Part shown: one piece after another, positions 29,481-38,353 of the stretch
Layout of the letters: each line of letters begins with the position of its first letter
How positions within the stretch are numbered: position 1 is the stretch's first letter
Source of the DNA: Desulfobacterales bacterium
GTDB taxonomy: Bacteria > Desulfobacterota > Desulfobacteria > Desulfobacterales > UBA2174
Direction of reading: 5' to 3'
Assembly: GCA_963668645.2 (NCBI GenBank)
Contig: CAXXWC010000021.1
Coordinates: forward strand, 480,001-544,000
DNA: 64,000 nucleotides
Program-made: the position numbers and the translations under genes
The notes under the pieces: model-generated
The model's input: the letters and a program-made list of their open reading frames with translations, nothing else
What the model was told of the DNA's origin: nothing
Database searches by the model: none

Positions 29481-29682
29481 CGATTCTTTCCTCCTTTTTT
29501 GGGCGTTAAGTCGCATCGTAGTCGAGCAGGCTAAAATATAGGAAATCTTGACCGGCCTATGCGAAGCTTCGCTGTTTGCGCCAAGCCAACCGTTCGGCGG
29601 CTGCCGGTCTGCCCCGGCCATCAGCGGTAAATATTTCGGAATTTATTAGTAACTTAATCTATTTATTTTATTAGTATTCTAA

Positions 29683-29711
29683 TAGTTATCGTTTCAACGA
29701 TAATCTGTCAA
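29683..29711 (-). promoter_or_regulatory. Putative internal promoter with palindromic operator
   Basis: Minus-strand TTGACA (29711-29706), 17 bp, TAACTA; perfect TTATCGTT-TC-AACGATAA at 29686-29703; AT-rich context. Confidence 0.5.
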
Positions 29712-29744
29712 GACTAATGAAAAAGGTTGCCGTCCTCCGGCATT

Positions 29745-31094
29745 TCACTCCGCCGAACTCCACCCCTGCGCCACCCCTACGCCCAACAGAACGGCAAAAT
29801 TCACGGCCACCGCAGGGATCTGCAGGCTGAAATCCACCAGGGCGTGCAACCCTACCAGAAAAGCGGCGCAAAAACCCACCGCCGGATAGATGTGGTCGCG
29901 CCAGCGCCGGAAAAAGCCGGCCAGACAACGAAGGGAAAGCCCGGCCAGCACGGCGAACCAGACCGCGGCAGCCGGTAGTCCCAGCTCGAACATCATTTCC
30001 AGCCAGTCGTTGTGGGCCTTGACGGTGTTCACGGTGCGCTCGTCAGCAAAGAGGGGAAAGGTCTGTTCGTAACTGCCCAACCCGTAGCCGGTCCAGGGCG
30101 ATTGTTCGATGGCCTGCCAGGTTTGCGCGTAGACCTGCAAACGGCCCTCGCGCTCAAGGTCTGTTGCGATCAGCCGTGCCAGCCAGCCCCCACCGCTGGT
30201 CAAAAAAACCCACAAGACCACAGCCAGCAGCGCCACCGTCACTATTCGCCATAGACGCCCCGCCATGCGGGTCAAAAGCCCCAAAAAGACCATCAGCACC
30301 AGCAGCGCCACCAGCCCGACAGTAACTCCGGCCCGGGAATGGGAAAGAAACAGGGCCGTGACCAGAATCAGGATGCAGGCCAGCAGAGGGGCGCCGCGCA
30401 CGAAAATCTGCTGCCAGATGTGCAGCAGCCGGTCCCGGCCCACCCGCCCTGGTCCCAGGGCGTTGACGAATCCTTCTATATAAAGCCCGGCCGCGCACAG
30501 CAGCCCCAGGCCCAGGTAGGTGGCAAAGTTGTTGCGGTTGATAAAAGTGCCACTGACATTACGCGATGCGCCAGGGCGTTCAACCCACAGCACGGCGTCA
30601 AAACCGCCAAAGTAGGACACCAGCCCGTAAACCGCATAACCGGTCGTCGCCAAGCTCAGGATCCAGAAGACTTTTTTGGCACGGCGCCGGTCTCGGCCAA
30701 GCTGGAGGGCCAGGTAAAAGACCGCCGCATAGGTGAACAGGTGCACCAGGCTTTCGAACCCGGCCCCAGGAGCCAGGCTGATGCTGCCGTAAAGCGTCTC
30801 TCCAAGGACCGCCCCGGCCTCGGCCCACAGGGGATGGTGCCAGCTTTGGGGAGTCCAGGGGTTGATCTGTACCAGACCCCATGCCATCACCAGGATGAAT
30901 CCAACCGTCTCGGGCCAGATGCGCCCCAGGCTGAGAGCCGGGCCGCCGGCCCGCCTGAAGCGACACACGCCGTAGACTGCCGCCAGGCAGAGCACCATAC
31001 AGGCAAACAGCGCCTGGTAGAGATCGTAGACCATGCCGAAGGGCAAGGGGGCAAGGACGATCAAGACGATGAAGATGTAAAAAATGAGGTTCAT
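29745..31094 (-). CDS. O-antigen ligase / Wzy_C-family membrane protein
   Basis: Many TMs, GTFINRNNFA, SHSRAG, GYGLGSY, AHNDWLE, LHALVDFSL. Confidence 0.88.
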   Translation of the reverse strand: MNLIFYIFIVLIVLAPLPFGMVYDLYQALFACMVLCLAAVYGVCRFRRAGGPALSLGRIWPETVGFILVMAWGLVQINPWTPQSWHHPLWAEAGAVLGETLYGSISLAPGAGFESLVHLFTYAAVFYLALQLGRDRRRAKKVFWILSLATTGYAVYGLVSYFGGFDAVLWVERPGASRNVSGTFINRNNFATYLGLGLLCAAGLYIEGFVNALGPGRVGRDRLLHIWQQIFVRGAPLLACILILVTALFLSHSRAGVTVGLVALLVLMVFLGLLTRMAGRLWRIVTVALLAVVLWVFLTSGGGWLARLIATDLEREGRLQVYAQTWQAIEQSPWTGYGLGSYEQTFPLFADERTVNTVKAHNDWLEMMFELGLPAAAVWFAVLAGLSLRCLAGFFRRWRDHIYPAVGFCAAFLVGLHALVDFSLQIPAVAVNFAVLLGVGVAQGWSSAE

Positions 31095-31139
31095 CGATCA
31101 GATCGGAAAAGACGGAAGGCGGAGGTCCTCCGTCCTCTT

Positions 31140-32801
31140 TCACTCCCTTTTTCCAAGAATCTCATCCAGGGTCGCCACCATGTTACGCCTCAGGTGCTCG
31201 ACGCGTTTGAGCGTGTAATCGGACGCTCCGTTTTGGCCGCCGTTCTTCAGCAGCACCAGAATACCCAGATCTTGCACCTCACCGCTGTTCAAGGCCATCT
31301 CGATACGCAGTTGAAACCGATGTCGAGGATCGTTGAGCGGGCTGCGCATCCAGACAAAATCGGGCACCTCCAGTCGATTGCAGACACTGGATTGCAGCGC
31401 GAGGGCCTCCCGTCGATCCGCCTCTCCTTCTTCACGCTCCATCTGCCGGAACGACTTGTCCTTGCAAGTTGTCAGGGCGCATCCGAAGGTGAAGCCTGAA
31501 TCTTCGGCCTCTTCCCTCCGCCCCCCGGTATCCTGCATCTGACACCCGGAATCTTGCCGTTTCTTATTCAAATACATCGCCGCCATGTCGAATTCGAGCA
31601 CTTCCAGGGCACACACCGTGCACCGCCACAACTCGTTCAAGTCGGTCGCCTCGTTGATCTGCATCTGTTCATAAAGGAAGCTGCGCCGCTCGTGGGACAG
31701 ACCGGCGTCGTCGCCCAGCTCCCGGACCCAGGAAATCAAACGGCTGCTCTTCATGTATTTCATGTACCCCAGGCGACGTATGCCCAGAATTGCAGCCAGG
31801 GCGACAACCCCCAAAATCAGAGCGGCCCGCTCGTCTCGCAGGTTCACCAACATCAAGGCCGCGGCACCGCAGCAGATGGTGACCCCGTAAAGCACCAGCA
31901 CAGCCTTGCGGTGCGAATAGCCCAGCTTGATCAGCCGGTGGTGAAAATGATCACGGTCCGGTTGGAAGATGCGCCGGCCCAACAGGAAACGCCGTATCGT
32001 GGCCCAGATGGTGTCCAGCAGAGGCACGCCCAAGGCAATGACCGGAATCGACAGAGCCGCTGCGGTCTGGCTCTTGATAGCCCCCAGAACACTGACGCTA
32101 GCCAGCATGTAACCGAGGAAATAACTGCCCCCGTCGCCCATGAAGATAACGGCCGGATTGAAGTTGTAACGTAAAAAGCCCAGTGTAGCGCCGGCAAGCG
32201 CCGCCATGAGGAGGACCACTATATAATTTTGACCGATCACACCGAGCACCACCAGTACCATGCAAACGAAAAAACAGACCCCGCCTGCCAATCCGTCGAG
32301 TCCGTCGATGAGGTTGATGGCGTTGATCACCAGCAGGATCCAGAATACGGTGGCCGGCAGGGCCAAAATGCCGAGATTGAAAGTTCCGAGGCCAGGTATG
32401 CCCAAGGTCTGTATCTGGATTCCACCCCAGTAGACGATGGTGGCCGCCACGGCTTGAACCCCGAGCTTGAACCAGGCGTTCAGGCCGTATTTATCGTCGC
32501 AAAGCCCCAAAACGAATACCATTGTTCCGCCCATGGCCATTGGAATCAGGCGCGGCTCGAGGCCGATCTCGTGCAGGAGGTTGCTGCAATCTCGGAGCCA
32601 CGGTACCGCCAGAGGCAAAAATGCGCCCCAAAAGGCCAGGTAGATGGTCAGCCCGCCGATGCGCGGAACCGGCTGGCGATGGACCTTGCGAGCCGAAGGT
32701 ATATCCACGATCCCCAGGCGCACCCCGAGCCTGGCCACCGGCCGCGTGATGAGCAGGGCCAGGAGCAGGGCGACGAGAAAGATGACGAGGATGGTAGTCA
32801 A
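31140..32801 (-). CDS. wecA: MraY/WecA-family undecaprenyl-phosphate HexNAc-1-phosphate transferase with C-terminal extension
   Basis: RKVH..PVPRIGG, LCDD, NAINLIDGLDGLA, YNFNPA.IFMGDGGS, DRDHFHH; TTG start uncertain. Confidence 0.88.
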   Translation of the reverse strand: MTTILVIFLVALLLALLITRPVARLGVRLGIVDIPSARKVHRQPVPRIGGLTIYLAFWGAFLPLAVPWLRDCSNLLHEIGLEPRLIPMAMGGTMVFVLGLCDDKYGLNAWFKLGVQAVAATIVYWGGIQIQTLGIPGLGTFNLGILALPATVFWILLVINAINLIDGLDGLAGGVCFFVCMVLVVLGVIGQNYIVVLLMAALAGATLGFLRYNFNPAVIFMGDGGSYFLGYMLASVSVLGAIKSQTAAALSIPVIALGVPLLDTIWATIRRFLLGRRIFQPDRDHFHHRLIKLGYSHRKAVLVLYGVTICCGAAALMLVNLRDERAALILGVVALAAILGIRRLGYMKYMKSSRLISWVRELGDDAGLSHERRSFLYEQMQINEATDLNELWRCTVCALEVLEFDMAAMYLNKKRQDSGCQMQDTGGRREEAEDSGFTFGCALTTCKDKSFRQMEREEGEADRREALALQSSVCNRLEVPDFVWMRSPLNDPRHRFQLRIEMALNSGEVQDLGILVLLKNGGQNGASDYTLKRVEHLRRNMVATLDEILGKRE

Positions 32802-32862
32802 GATGAAAGACGGAAAGAAAGGATCAGGATTGAGGATTCAGGGTTTCAAAGTTACAGTTTTC

Positions 32863-33020
32863 AAAACGCTTGAACCGCAAAGACGCCGAAGCTGCGCTAA
32901 AAAAAACAGGCAGTTGCTGCCCTTCGGGCAATAAAACCTCCCTTGACGGGCTTCTTCGCGGCCTTCGCGTCTTGAGCGAGCCATAGCGGGCGGGCGGTTG
33001 TCTCTTAAAAACGCTTGAAC
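32863..33020. repeat. Imperfect palindromic element bounded by a 13-bp direct repeat
   Basis: AAAACGCTTGAAC at 32863-32875 and 33008-33020; AACCGC..AAGACGC.GAAG at the left pairs with CTTCGCGTCTT..GCGGTT at the right. Confidence 0.6.
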
Positions 33021-33103
33021 GGATGCCAGATGTCAGAAAACACTCCCGGAGCTGTTTGCTGTCTTTTGCGCCCCCTGCCCTCTGTTCCCTGACCTCTGTT
33101 GTC

Positions 33104-33862
33104 TCAGAAGTACTGCCCAATCTTCCGAAGCGGCTTAAAAAGCATCGTCCATGGCCACGGCGTGAGTCTGTTCACCTGCCAAGCCCTGCGGTCCATACGG
33201 TTGGCACGGAGGCGGTTGATCAGGCTGGCGTTGCTGGCACCGCCTGTGCGCATGTGCACCATCACGACCGGAAGGTAGACGGCCTTAATTCGGTGTTTGA
33301 GCAAAAACCGCAGCATGAGTTCATAGTCGGCCGCACTGCCCACGTCCAACCGGAATCTGCCGAATTTTTCATAGCATCGCCGGCGGACGAAAAAGGTCGG
33401 ATGCGGCGGCATCCAGCCCTGGTAAAAGCGCTTGGCATCGTAGGCTCCCGAGCGCCAACGGCGCACGACCTTTTCCGTATTTGTTTCCCTGACGTAATTC
33501 AGATCACCGTAACAGGCATCCACCGTGGGGTCTGCGAAAAAGGCCGCAACCTTCTCCAGGATGTCTGAGGCAGGATAGAAATCGTCGGCATTCAGAATCC
33601 CCACCACCTCACCGGAAGCCAGGGCAATCCCCCTGTTCATGGCATCGTAGATACCCCTGTCCGGCCCGCTTACGACTTTAGCGGCGCCTCTTACATGCCG
33701 GCGTGCTATCTCCAGGGTCCCGTCGGTGGATCCGCCGTCCACCACGATGTGTTCTGGCGGCAGACTCTGCCCCACGATACTCTGGATGCACCCCTCAATC
33801 GTTCGGGCACCGTTGAACACCGCGGTGATGATTGAAATGGCCGTTGGGTTGCCTGGCATCAT
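33104..33862 (-). CDS. GT2 glycosyltransferase (WcaE-like)
   Basis: ISIITAVFN, VVDGGSTDGT, DRGIYDAMNRG, ILNADD, PPHPTFF, ADYELMLR. Confidence 0.92.
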   Translation of the reverse strand: MMPGNPTAISIITAVFNGARTIEGCIQSIVGQSLPPEHIVVDGGSTDGTLEIARRHVRGAAKVVSGPDRGIYDAMNRGIALASGEVVGILNADDFYPASDILEKVAAFFADPTVDACYGDLNYVRETNTEKVVRRWRSGAYDAKRFYQGWMPPHPTFFVRRRCYEKFGRFRLDVGSAADYELMLRFLLKHRIKAVYLPVVMVHMRTGGASNASLINRLRANRMDRRAWQVNRLTPWPWTMLFKPLRKIGQYF

Positions 33863-33899
33863 AGATACAGTCGCAAAAAAGTCCGAAAGAACTCAAGTT

Positions 33900-34909
33900 C
33901 TAAATTGTGTCTCCGGTGCCCAACCGAAACCGGGGCGCCGTGCTCACCCGCTCAGCCAGCCCCAACGCATCCCGAACATACAGTGTGTTCCCTCCTCCGC
34001 CTGAACGCATTCCGTGTAACGGTGTTAACGTCCGCTCAAACGCTCTATAGTGATAAGTTTCTAAACCTCGCACCAATAGATCCCGATACAGCGCATCCTC
34101 ATCGAATCCATACCGCACCCCACTACCGTTCAGCTCTATGAGTATTGCCATCAGGCCGGAATCGATCAAAGCCTGTGTCGCCCCTGCCAACACCTCCGCT
34201 TCAAACCCCTCGACATCAATTTTGACAAGCTCGTAAAAAGTCCCAAAAATGCCATTTTCCTAATTTTGGACTTAATGATTTCAATGTGTTACAGCGATGA
34301 AAATTTCAAAATCCGACTTTTTACGAACGAGTCAATTTTGAGAAGGGCCGGCGAACGTCCCTCCAACACCGTATCCAGGGCACGTACGGGCACCTCGAAA
34401 ACTTCCTGAGCCGACTCATCATCCGCAAGTACGTGATTCATCGTATCCAGTCCACCTGTAAAGTACAACTGTCCCTCATTACGCCCCAAACCCAAATTGA
34501 GCCCCTTTGCCCGCTCGCCCAATCCGTTGATTGCTATGTTCTTCATCAGCCAAACGAAGGTGCTCGGAATCGGCTCAATGGCAAGAACGCTCGCACCTGC
34601 TACCGCTCCGAGCATTGTATAGGAGCCGACATTGGCCCCGATATCAACAAAGAGATCATCCGGCCTCAAGGCATGCAGCACCAGTGCCATGTCCTCGAAC
34701 TCATTCAGCCCGCAATAAACGTTGCCTGTCGCACCGGTCATCCCAGGCCGAACGATCAGGCAGGTATCGTTCACAAACGGCATAATCACGGGGCCTGGCA
34801 GCAATCTGCTACCCAACTGCCACCTCAGCCAGCGCAATAGAGCTACGGTGAATTTACCTCGATTCAGAGGGTGCCGTAAGATAAAATGAAGAGAATCCGA
34901 GAGTCTCAT
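33900..34909 (-). pseudogene. FkbM-family methyltransferase interrupted by a MITE
   Basis: N-part has FVDIGANVGSY; the conserved LLKIDVEGFEAEVLAG motif is split at 34224-34333 and is restored by removing the insert plus one TSD. Confidence 0.88.
34224..34333. mobile_element. 110-bp MITE, copy 1
   Basis: Ends GACAAGCTCGTAAAAAGTC / GACTTTTTACGAACGAGTC; TSD AATTTT at 34218-34223 and 34334-34339. Confidence 0.9.
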
Positions 34910-34984
34910 TAGATCGCCGTGATCCTCATCGAGCAGGTCATTTCGATCATCCAGCCCTTTTCCCTCCAGATGATCTTTTTGGCC

Positions 34985-35120
34985 GAATCAAATGTGCCAA
35001 AGGCACAAATGGAAAAGCATTGAAGACGCCCAGCGAGTTACCCAAAACAGCCTTAAGCTGAAATGGGTAAAACCAGGTCGGAAATTTTTGCCCAAAAGTG
35101 CCTTGAGCGGATTTGGGTAA
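34985..35120. repeat. Array of ~33-bp imperfect palindromes TTACCCA...TGGGTAA, ~50-bp period
   Basis: Units at 35038-35070 and 35088-35120, degenerate unit at ~34985-35016. Confidence 0.65.
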
Positions 35121-35128
35121 AGAGGGAT

Positions 35129-36088
35129 TCAGTCTAAAGCGTCTCGATTCCACCCCAAGGCACGGAAAAAGACATCGGACAATACCATCTGCCCTGAGTC
35201 ATTAACGTGGATATTGTCCCGGTAAGGATTCTCGCCACGGTCCAAAGCAGCCTTCATGTCAGAGAATGCGGAAAACACCTCGGCTCCGCTCTCTTCAACG
35301 ATTGACTTGATCAAGTAGTAGCCGAGCTTAGCACCATCTGGCCCGAGTTCGCTACGATCCGGATACTGCACCACCATCACCCGCGGAACCTGAGTAAGGG
35401 CAAGATCTAAGAAAGCCCTAAGATCCGCAGTGCCTTGTGCAATCATTTGTTCATTGTTTGCCACAACCGGTGGTGCTGTCGGGCCGGCCACACCAGTTTT
35501 GACCCATTCAGGCAGATATCTCGGAAGATAACGCGTAATGCCCTCCAGCAGCGCCGACACGGGCCGATTTTGGGGGTGCGTGTTCGGATTGAGGGGTGCG
35601 AAGGTTGGATTGTCGCCCGCATCATGACTGGAGATCAGCAGCAGAACGACATCGGCATCGAAAAAGCCGTACTCTCGAGCATAGGCCAGCCAGTTACCTG
35701 GCCCCCAACTTCCCGCCGAAATGTTGCCGACAACCACCGGCACTCTCATACGTAACGTCAGCCGCTTAGCGAGCAGAGTTGTTGCGAGCTTGGCATGATC
35801 GGTCAGGTTGCCACCGTTCAGCACCGAATCGCCAAAGGCCATCACCCGAAACTCACCCTCAGGCTTTGTCGCAGGAAAATCCTTACTCCGCATGCCATAG
35901 CCATTGATCAAAACCCGATTGCCAAATCGCTGCACGTCCTGATTCGGCTGGAACAAGTACTCGATCCGCGGATGCGCTATGCTCAATGGCGGTGTACCAA
36001 GACCCAGCCCGAACCGGGCACACAACTCCCCAGCGCCAAGTATCACGACAGCTACTGCAAAAATCGACAAGAGACGCTTTAACCACAT
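35129..36088 (-). CDS. SGNH/GDSL-hydrolase-like protein
   Basis: N-terminal TM, INGYGMRS, FGDSVLNGG, GSWGPGN, RDNIHVN (DxxH). Confidence 0.75.
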   Translation of the reverse strand: MWLKRLLSIFAVAVVILGAGELCARFGLGLGTPPLSIAHPRIEYLFQPNQDVQRFGNRVLINGYGMRSKDFPATKPEGEFRVMAFGDSVLNGGNLTDHAKLATTLLAKRLTLRMRVPVVVGNISAGSWGPGNWLAYAREYGFFDADVVLLLISSHDAGDNPTFAPLNPNTHPQNRPVSALLEGITRYLPRYLPEWVKTGVAGPTAPPVVANNEQMIAQGTADLRAFLDLALTQVPRVMVVQYPDRSELGPDGAKLGYYLIKSIVEESGAEVFSAFSDMKAALDRGENPYRDNIHVNDSGQMVLSDVFFRALGWNRDALD

Positions 36089-36172
36089 GAATAAAAAATG
36101 CGTATTGATCTTCCCCCAAATTGGTGGAAACCTCGAAAAGCCCAATGTATACGGGCGCCAGGAGGTGTTCCA

Positions 36173-36472
36173 ATGGCACAGAAAAAGAGAAAGAACTACT
36201 CACGAGAATTCAAGGTCGAGGCTGTGAACCTGATTACCCAAAAGGGATACAGCATTGCTGAGGCCTCGCGGAATCTCGGTATAGAATACAGCGTGTTACG
36301 ACGCTGGAAGTCAGAACTGGCTAAAGAACCCCTGCACGCTTTTCCTGGTAAAGGAAAGCTTGCCGCTCCGGACGAGGAAATGCGTAACCTCCGCCGTGAG
36401 CTGGATCGCGTCAAACAGGAGCGTGACATCCTAAAAAAAGCGCTGGCCTACTTTGCGGAGGATCAGAAATGA
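36173..36472 (+). CDS. IS3 transposase OrfA
   Basis: YSREFKVEAV HTH, ERDILKKA; A7G slippery site at 36433-36440. Confidence 0.92.
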   Translation: MAQKKRKNYSREFKVEAVNLITQKGYSIAEASRNLGIEYSVLRRWKSELAKEPLHAFPGKGKLAAPDEEMRNLRRELDRVKQERDILKKALAYFAEDQK

Positions 36473-37332
36473 AATTTCGATTCATCTCTGAACACGTGGA
36501 GACGTTCACTGTAGGCCGCATGTGCAAGTTGCTAAACGTCTCCCGATCCGGCTTCTATGCCTGGAAAAAGCGTCCAGAGAGCCGCCGGAGCCGTGAAAAC
36601 CGGGTTCTGGAGAATCGAATCCGACTCTCACATGCAAACAGTCACGGTATCTACGGAGCGCCGCGGATCCACCAGGATCTGAACGATGACGGCGTACGTT
36701 GCGAGAAAAACCGTGTCGCCCGTATCATGCGAAATGCCGGTATCCGATCTCGGACGAGAAAGAAGTTCAAGGCAACGACGAACTCTCGGCATAATCTACC
36801 AGTTGCACAGAATTTACTTGACCGGGACTTCAACGCAAAGGCTCCCGACACCGCATGGGTCGGCGACATAACCTACATCTGGACCGACGAGGGCTGGCTG
36901 TACCTGGCCGTGCTGTTGGATTTGTACAACCGCGAAGTCGTCGGTTGGTCCGCTGCTATCCGAATGACACGGCAACTGGCCATTGATGCCCTGGAAATGG
37001 CTCTTGGTAAGCGGCAGCCGGAACAAGGGCTGCTACATCATACGGACCGCGGTAGCCAGTACGCTTCGGCCGATTATCAAAAGATTCTCAAAGAGCGTGG
37101 CATGGTCTGCAGCATGAGCCGTAAAGGCAACTGCCATGACAATGCCGTGGCGGAAAGCTTCTTTGGCCGCCTTAAGATGGAATGGGTCAACCACGAACGG
37201 TACCACAGCCGGTCGGAAGCGATCCAAAGCCTATTTTATTACATAGAGGTCTTCTACAACCGAAAAAGACGCCACTTATCGATTGATTACGCAATCCCGC
37301 AAGAATATGAGGGTTTCCTACTTGCGGCTTAA
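36469..37332 (+). CDS. IS3 transposase OrfB (rve integrase, DDE)
   Basis: WVGDITYI, HTDRGSQY, DNAVAESFF. Confidence 0.94.
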   Translation: MKFRFISEHVETFTVGRMCKLLNVSRSGFYAWKKRPESRRSRENRVLENRIRLSHANSHGIYGAPRIHQDLNDDGVRCEKNRVARIMRNAGIRSRTRKKFKATTNSRHNLPVAQNLLDRDFNAKAPDTAWVGDITYIWTDEGWLYLAVLLDLYNREVVGWSAAIRMTRQLAIDALEMALGKRQPEQGLLHHTDRGSQYASADYQKILKERGMVCSMSRKGNCHDNAVAESFFGRLKMEWVNHERYHSRSEAIQSLFYYIEVFYNRKRRHLSIDYAIPQEYEGFLLAA

Positions 37333-37362
37333 CCTCGTGTCCACTTTTTCGGGGCAAGATCA

Positions 37363-37442
37363 AACCTACCAAAGGCGCAAATGGAAAAACATTGATGGTA
37401 CCGGCCAAATTACCCCAAATTGCCTTGGGCTGAAATGGGTAA
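37363..37442. repeat. Second cluster of the TTACCC...TGGGTAA palindrome family, cut by IS3
   Basis: 37369-37444 aligns with 34997-35072; full unit at 37410-37442. Confidence 0.65.
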
Positions 37443-37466
37443 AAGAGGGTTGAGGTTGAAAGGTGG

Positions 37467-38291
37467 TCACAAGGGCCGGCCCAGTTTTCGGAGGCGGTGT
37501 TCAGTTGCTTTGCAGCTGATCATAAACTCGTAAAAGGATCGCAGGAGGCAGTAGGTCAAGCCGGCGCGGCCGTCAAGAAAACCACCGCGTAACAGGTAGA
37601 GTAAGAAAAACATGACCAGCGGCCGGCCGGGCATCCGGTAGACTATGGCCTTGATCACCTGCCGGCGTTCGGTGGGGTCCGACGACAGCAGGTTTTTCCA
37701 GACAATGCGGTTCTTTCCCTGGGCAATGCGCCTCGCTTCCATCTCGGAATAGCGGTTGTGCTTTTCGAACCAGGCGGAAAATCCCTTGTTGAACGGGTAA
37801 TGGTGAATGTGGGCGTCGAGAAACCCCACCTCCCCGTCGGTGACGTACTCTTCGTTTACCTCACGTTCCACCCGCACGTGGCCAACCTTGACCAGCCGGC
37901 CGAACCACGAAGGGTAGCCGGCGCTACGGCGCAGCCAACGGCCCATGAAAAAATCCTTGCGCCGGAAGCGGTAAAGACAAACTGCATTGGGTGTACTCAG
38001 CTTTCTTTTGATTTCACCGTGCAAGGCATCGGTGCAGGCTTCGTCCGCATCCAGCATCAGGACCCAGGGATAAACGTAAGCGATCTCATTCAAGCCGTAA
38101 TTGCGTTGCGAGGCGTAGTTGTCAAAGGGCCGCTCCAAGACCTTGGCACCGGCCTCCATAGCGATCTGCAACGTCCGGTCCGTGCTGCCGGAGTCAAGCA
38201 CCACCACATCGTCGCACCATTTAATGGATGCCAGGCAACGGGGAAGGTTCCGCTCCTCATTCAATGTAAGTATCAGCACTGAAGCAGACAT
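37467..38291 (-). CDS. GT2 glycosyltransferase (WaaE/KdtX-like)
   Basis: LTLNEERNL, LDSGSTDRT, QRNYGL, LDADE, KHNRYS. Confidence 0.9.
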   Translation of the reverse strand: MSASVLILTLNEERNLPRCLASIKWCDDVVVLDSGSTDRTLQIAMEAGAKVLERPFDNYASQRNYGLNEIAYVYPWVLMLDADEACTDALHGEIKRKLSTPNAVCLYRFRRKDFFMGRWLRRSAGYPSWFGRLVKVGHVRVEREVNEEYVTDGEVGFLDAHIHHYPFNKGFSAWFEKHNRYSEMEARRIAQGKNRIVWKNLLSSDPTERRQVIKAIVYRMPGRPLVMFFLLYLLRGGFLDGRAGLTYCLLRSFYEFMISCKATEHRLRKLGRPL

Positions 38292-38353
38292 ATAAAACCC
38301 CCGGGCAACAGACCATTTCGATGTCATCTTTCTCTATCCCTGACTTCCCTATC

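Larger units (their letters stand above)
36106..37362 (+). mobile_element. IS3-family insertion sequence (1257 bp)
   Basis: TG...CA ends, IRs TGATCTTCCCCCAAATTGGTGGAAAC / GTGTCCACTTTTTCGGGGCAAGATCA; no target duplication visible. Confidence 0.92.

Noticed and set aside
34985..35120. Possible mini CRISPR array
   Set aside because: Spacers are only 17-21 bp, repeats are too divergent, and there are no cas genes in the window
34947..35153. 68-aa ORF and its counterpart near 37400 read as VanZ-like fragments (FYPFQ...FPFVPL)
   Set aside because: The similarity is better explained at DNA level by the repeated 33-bp palindrome; there is no convincing start or full domain
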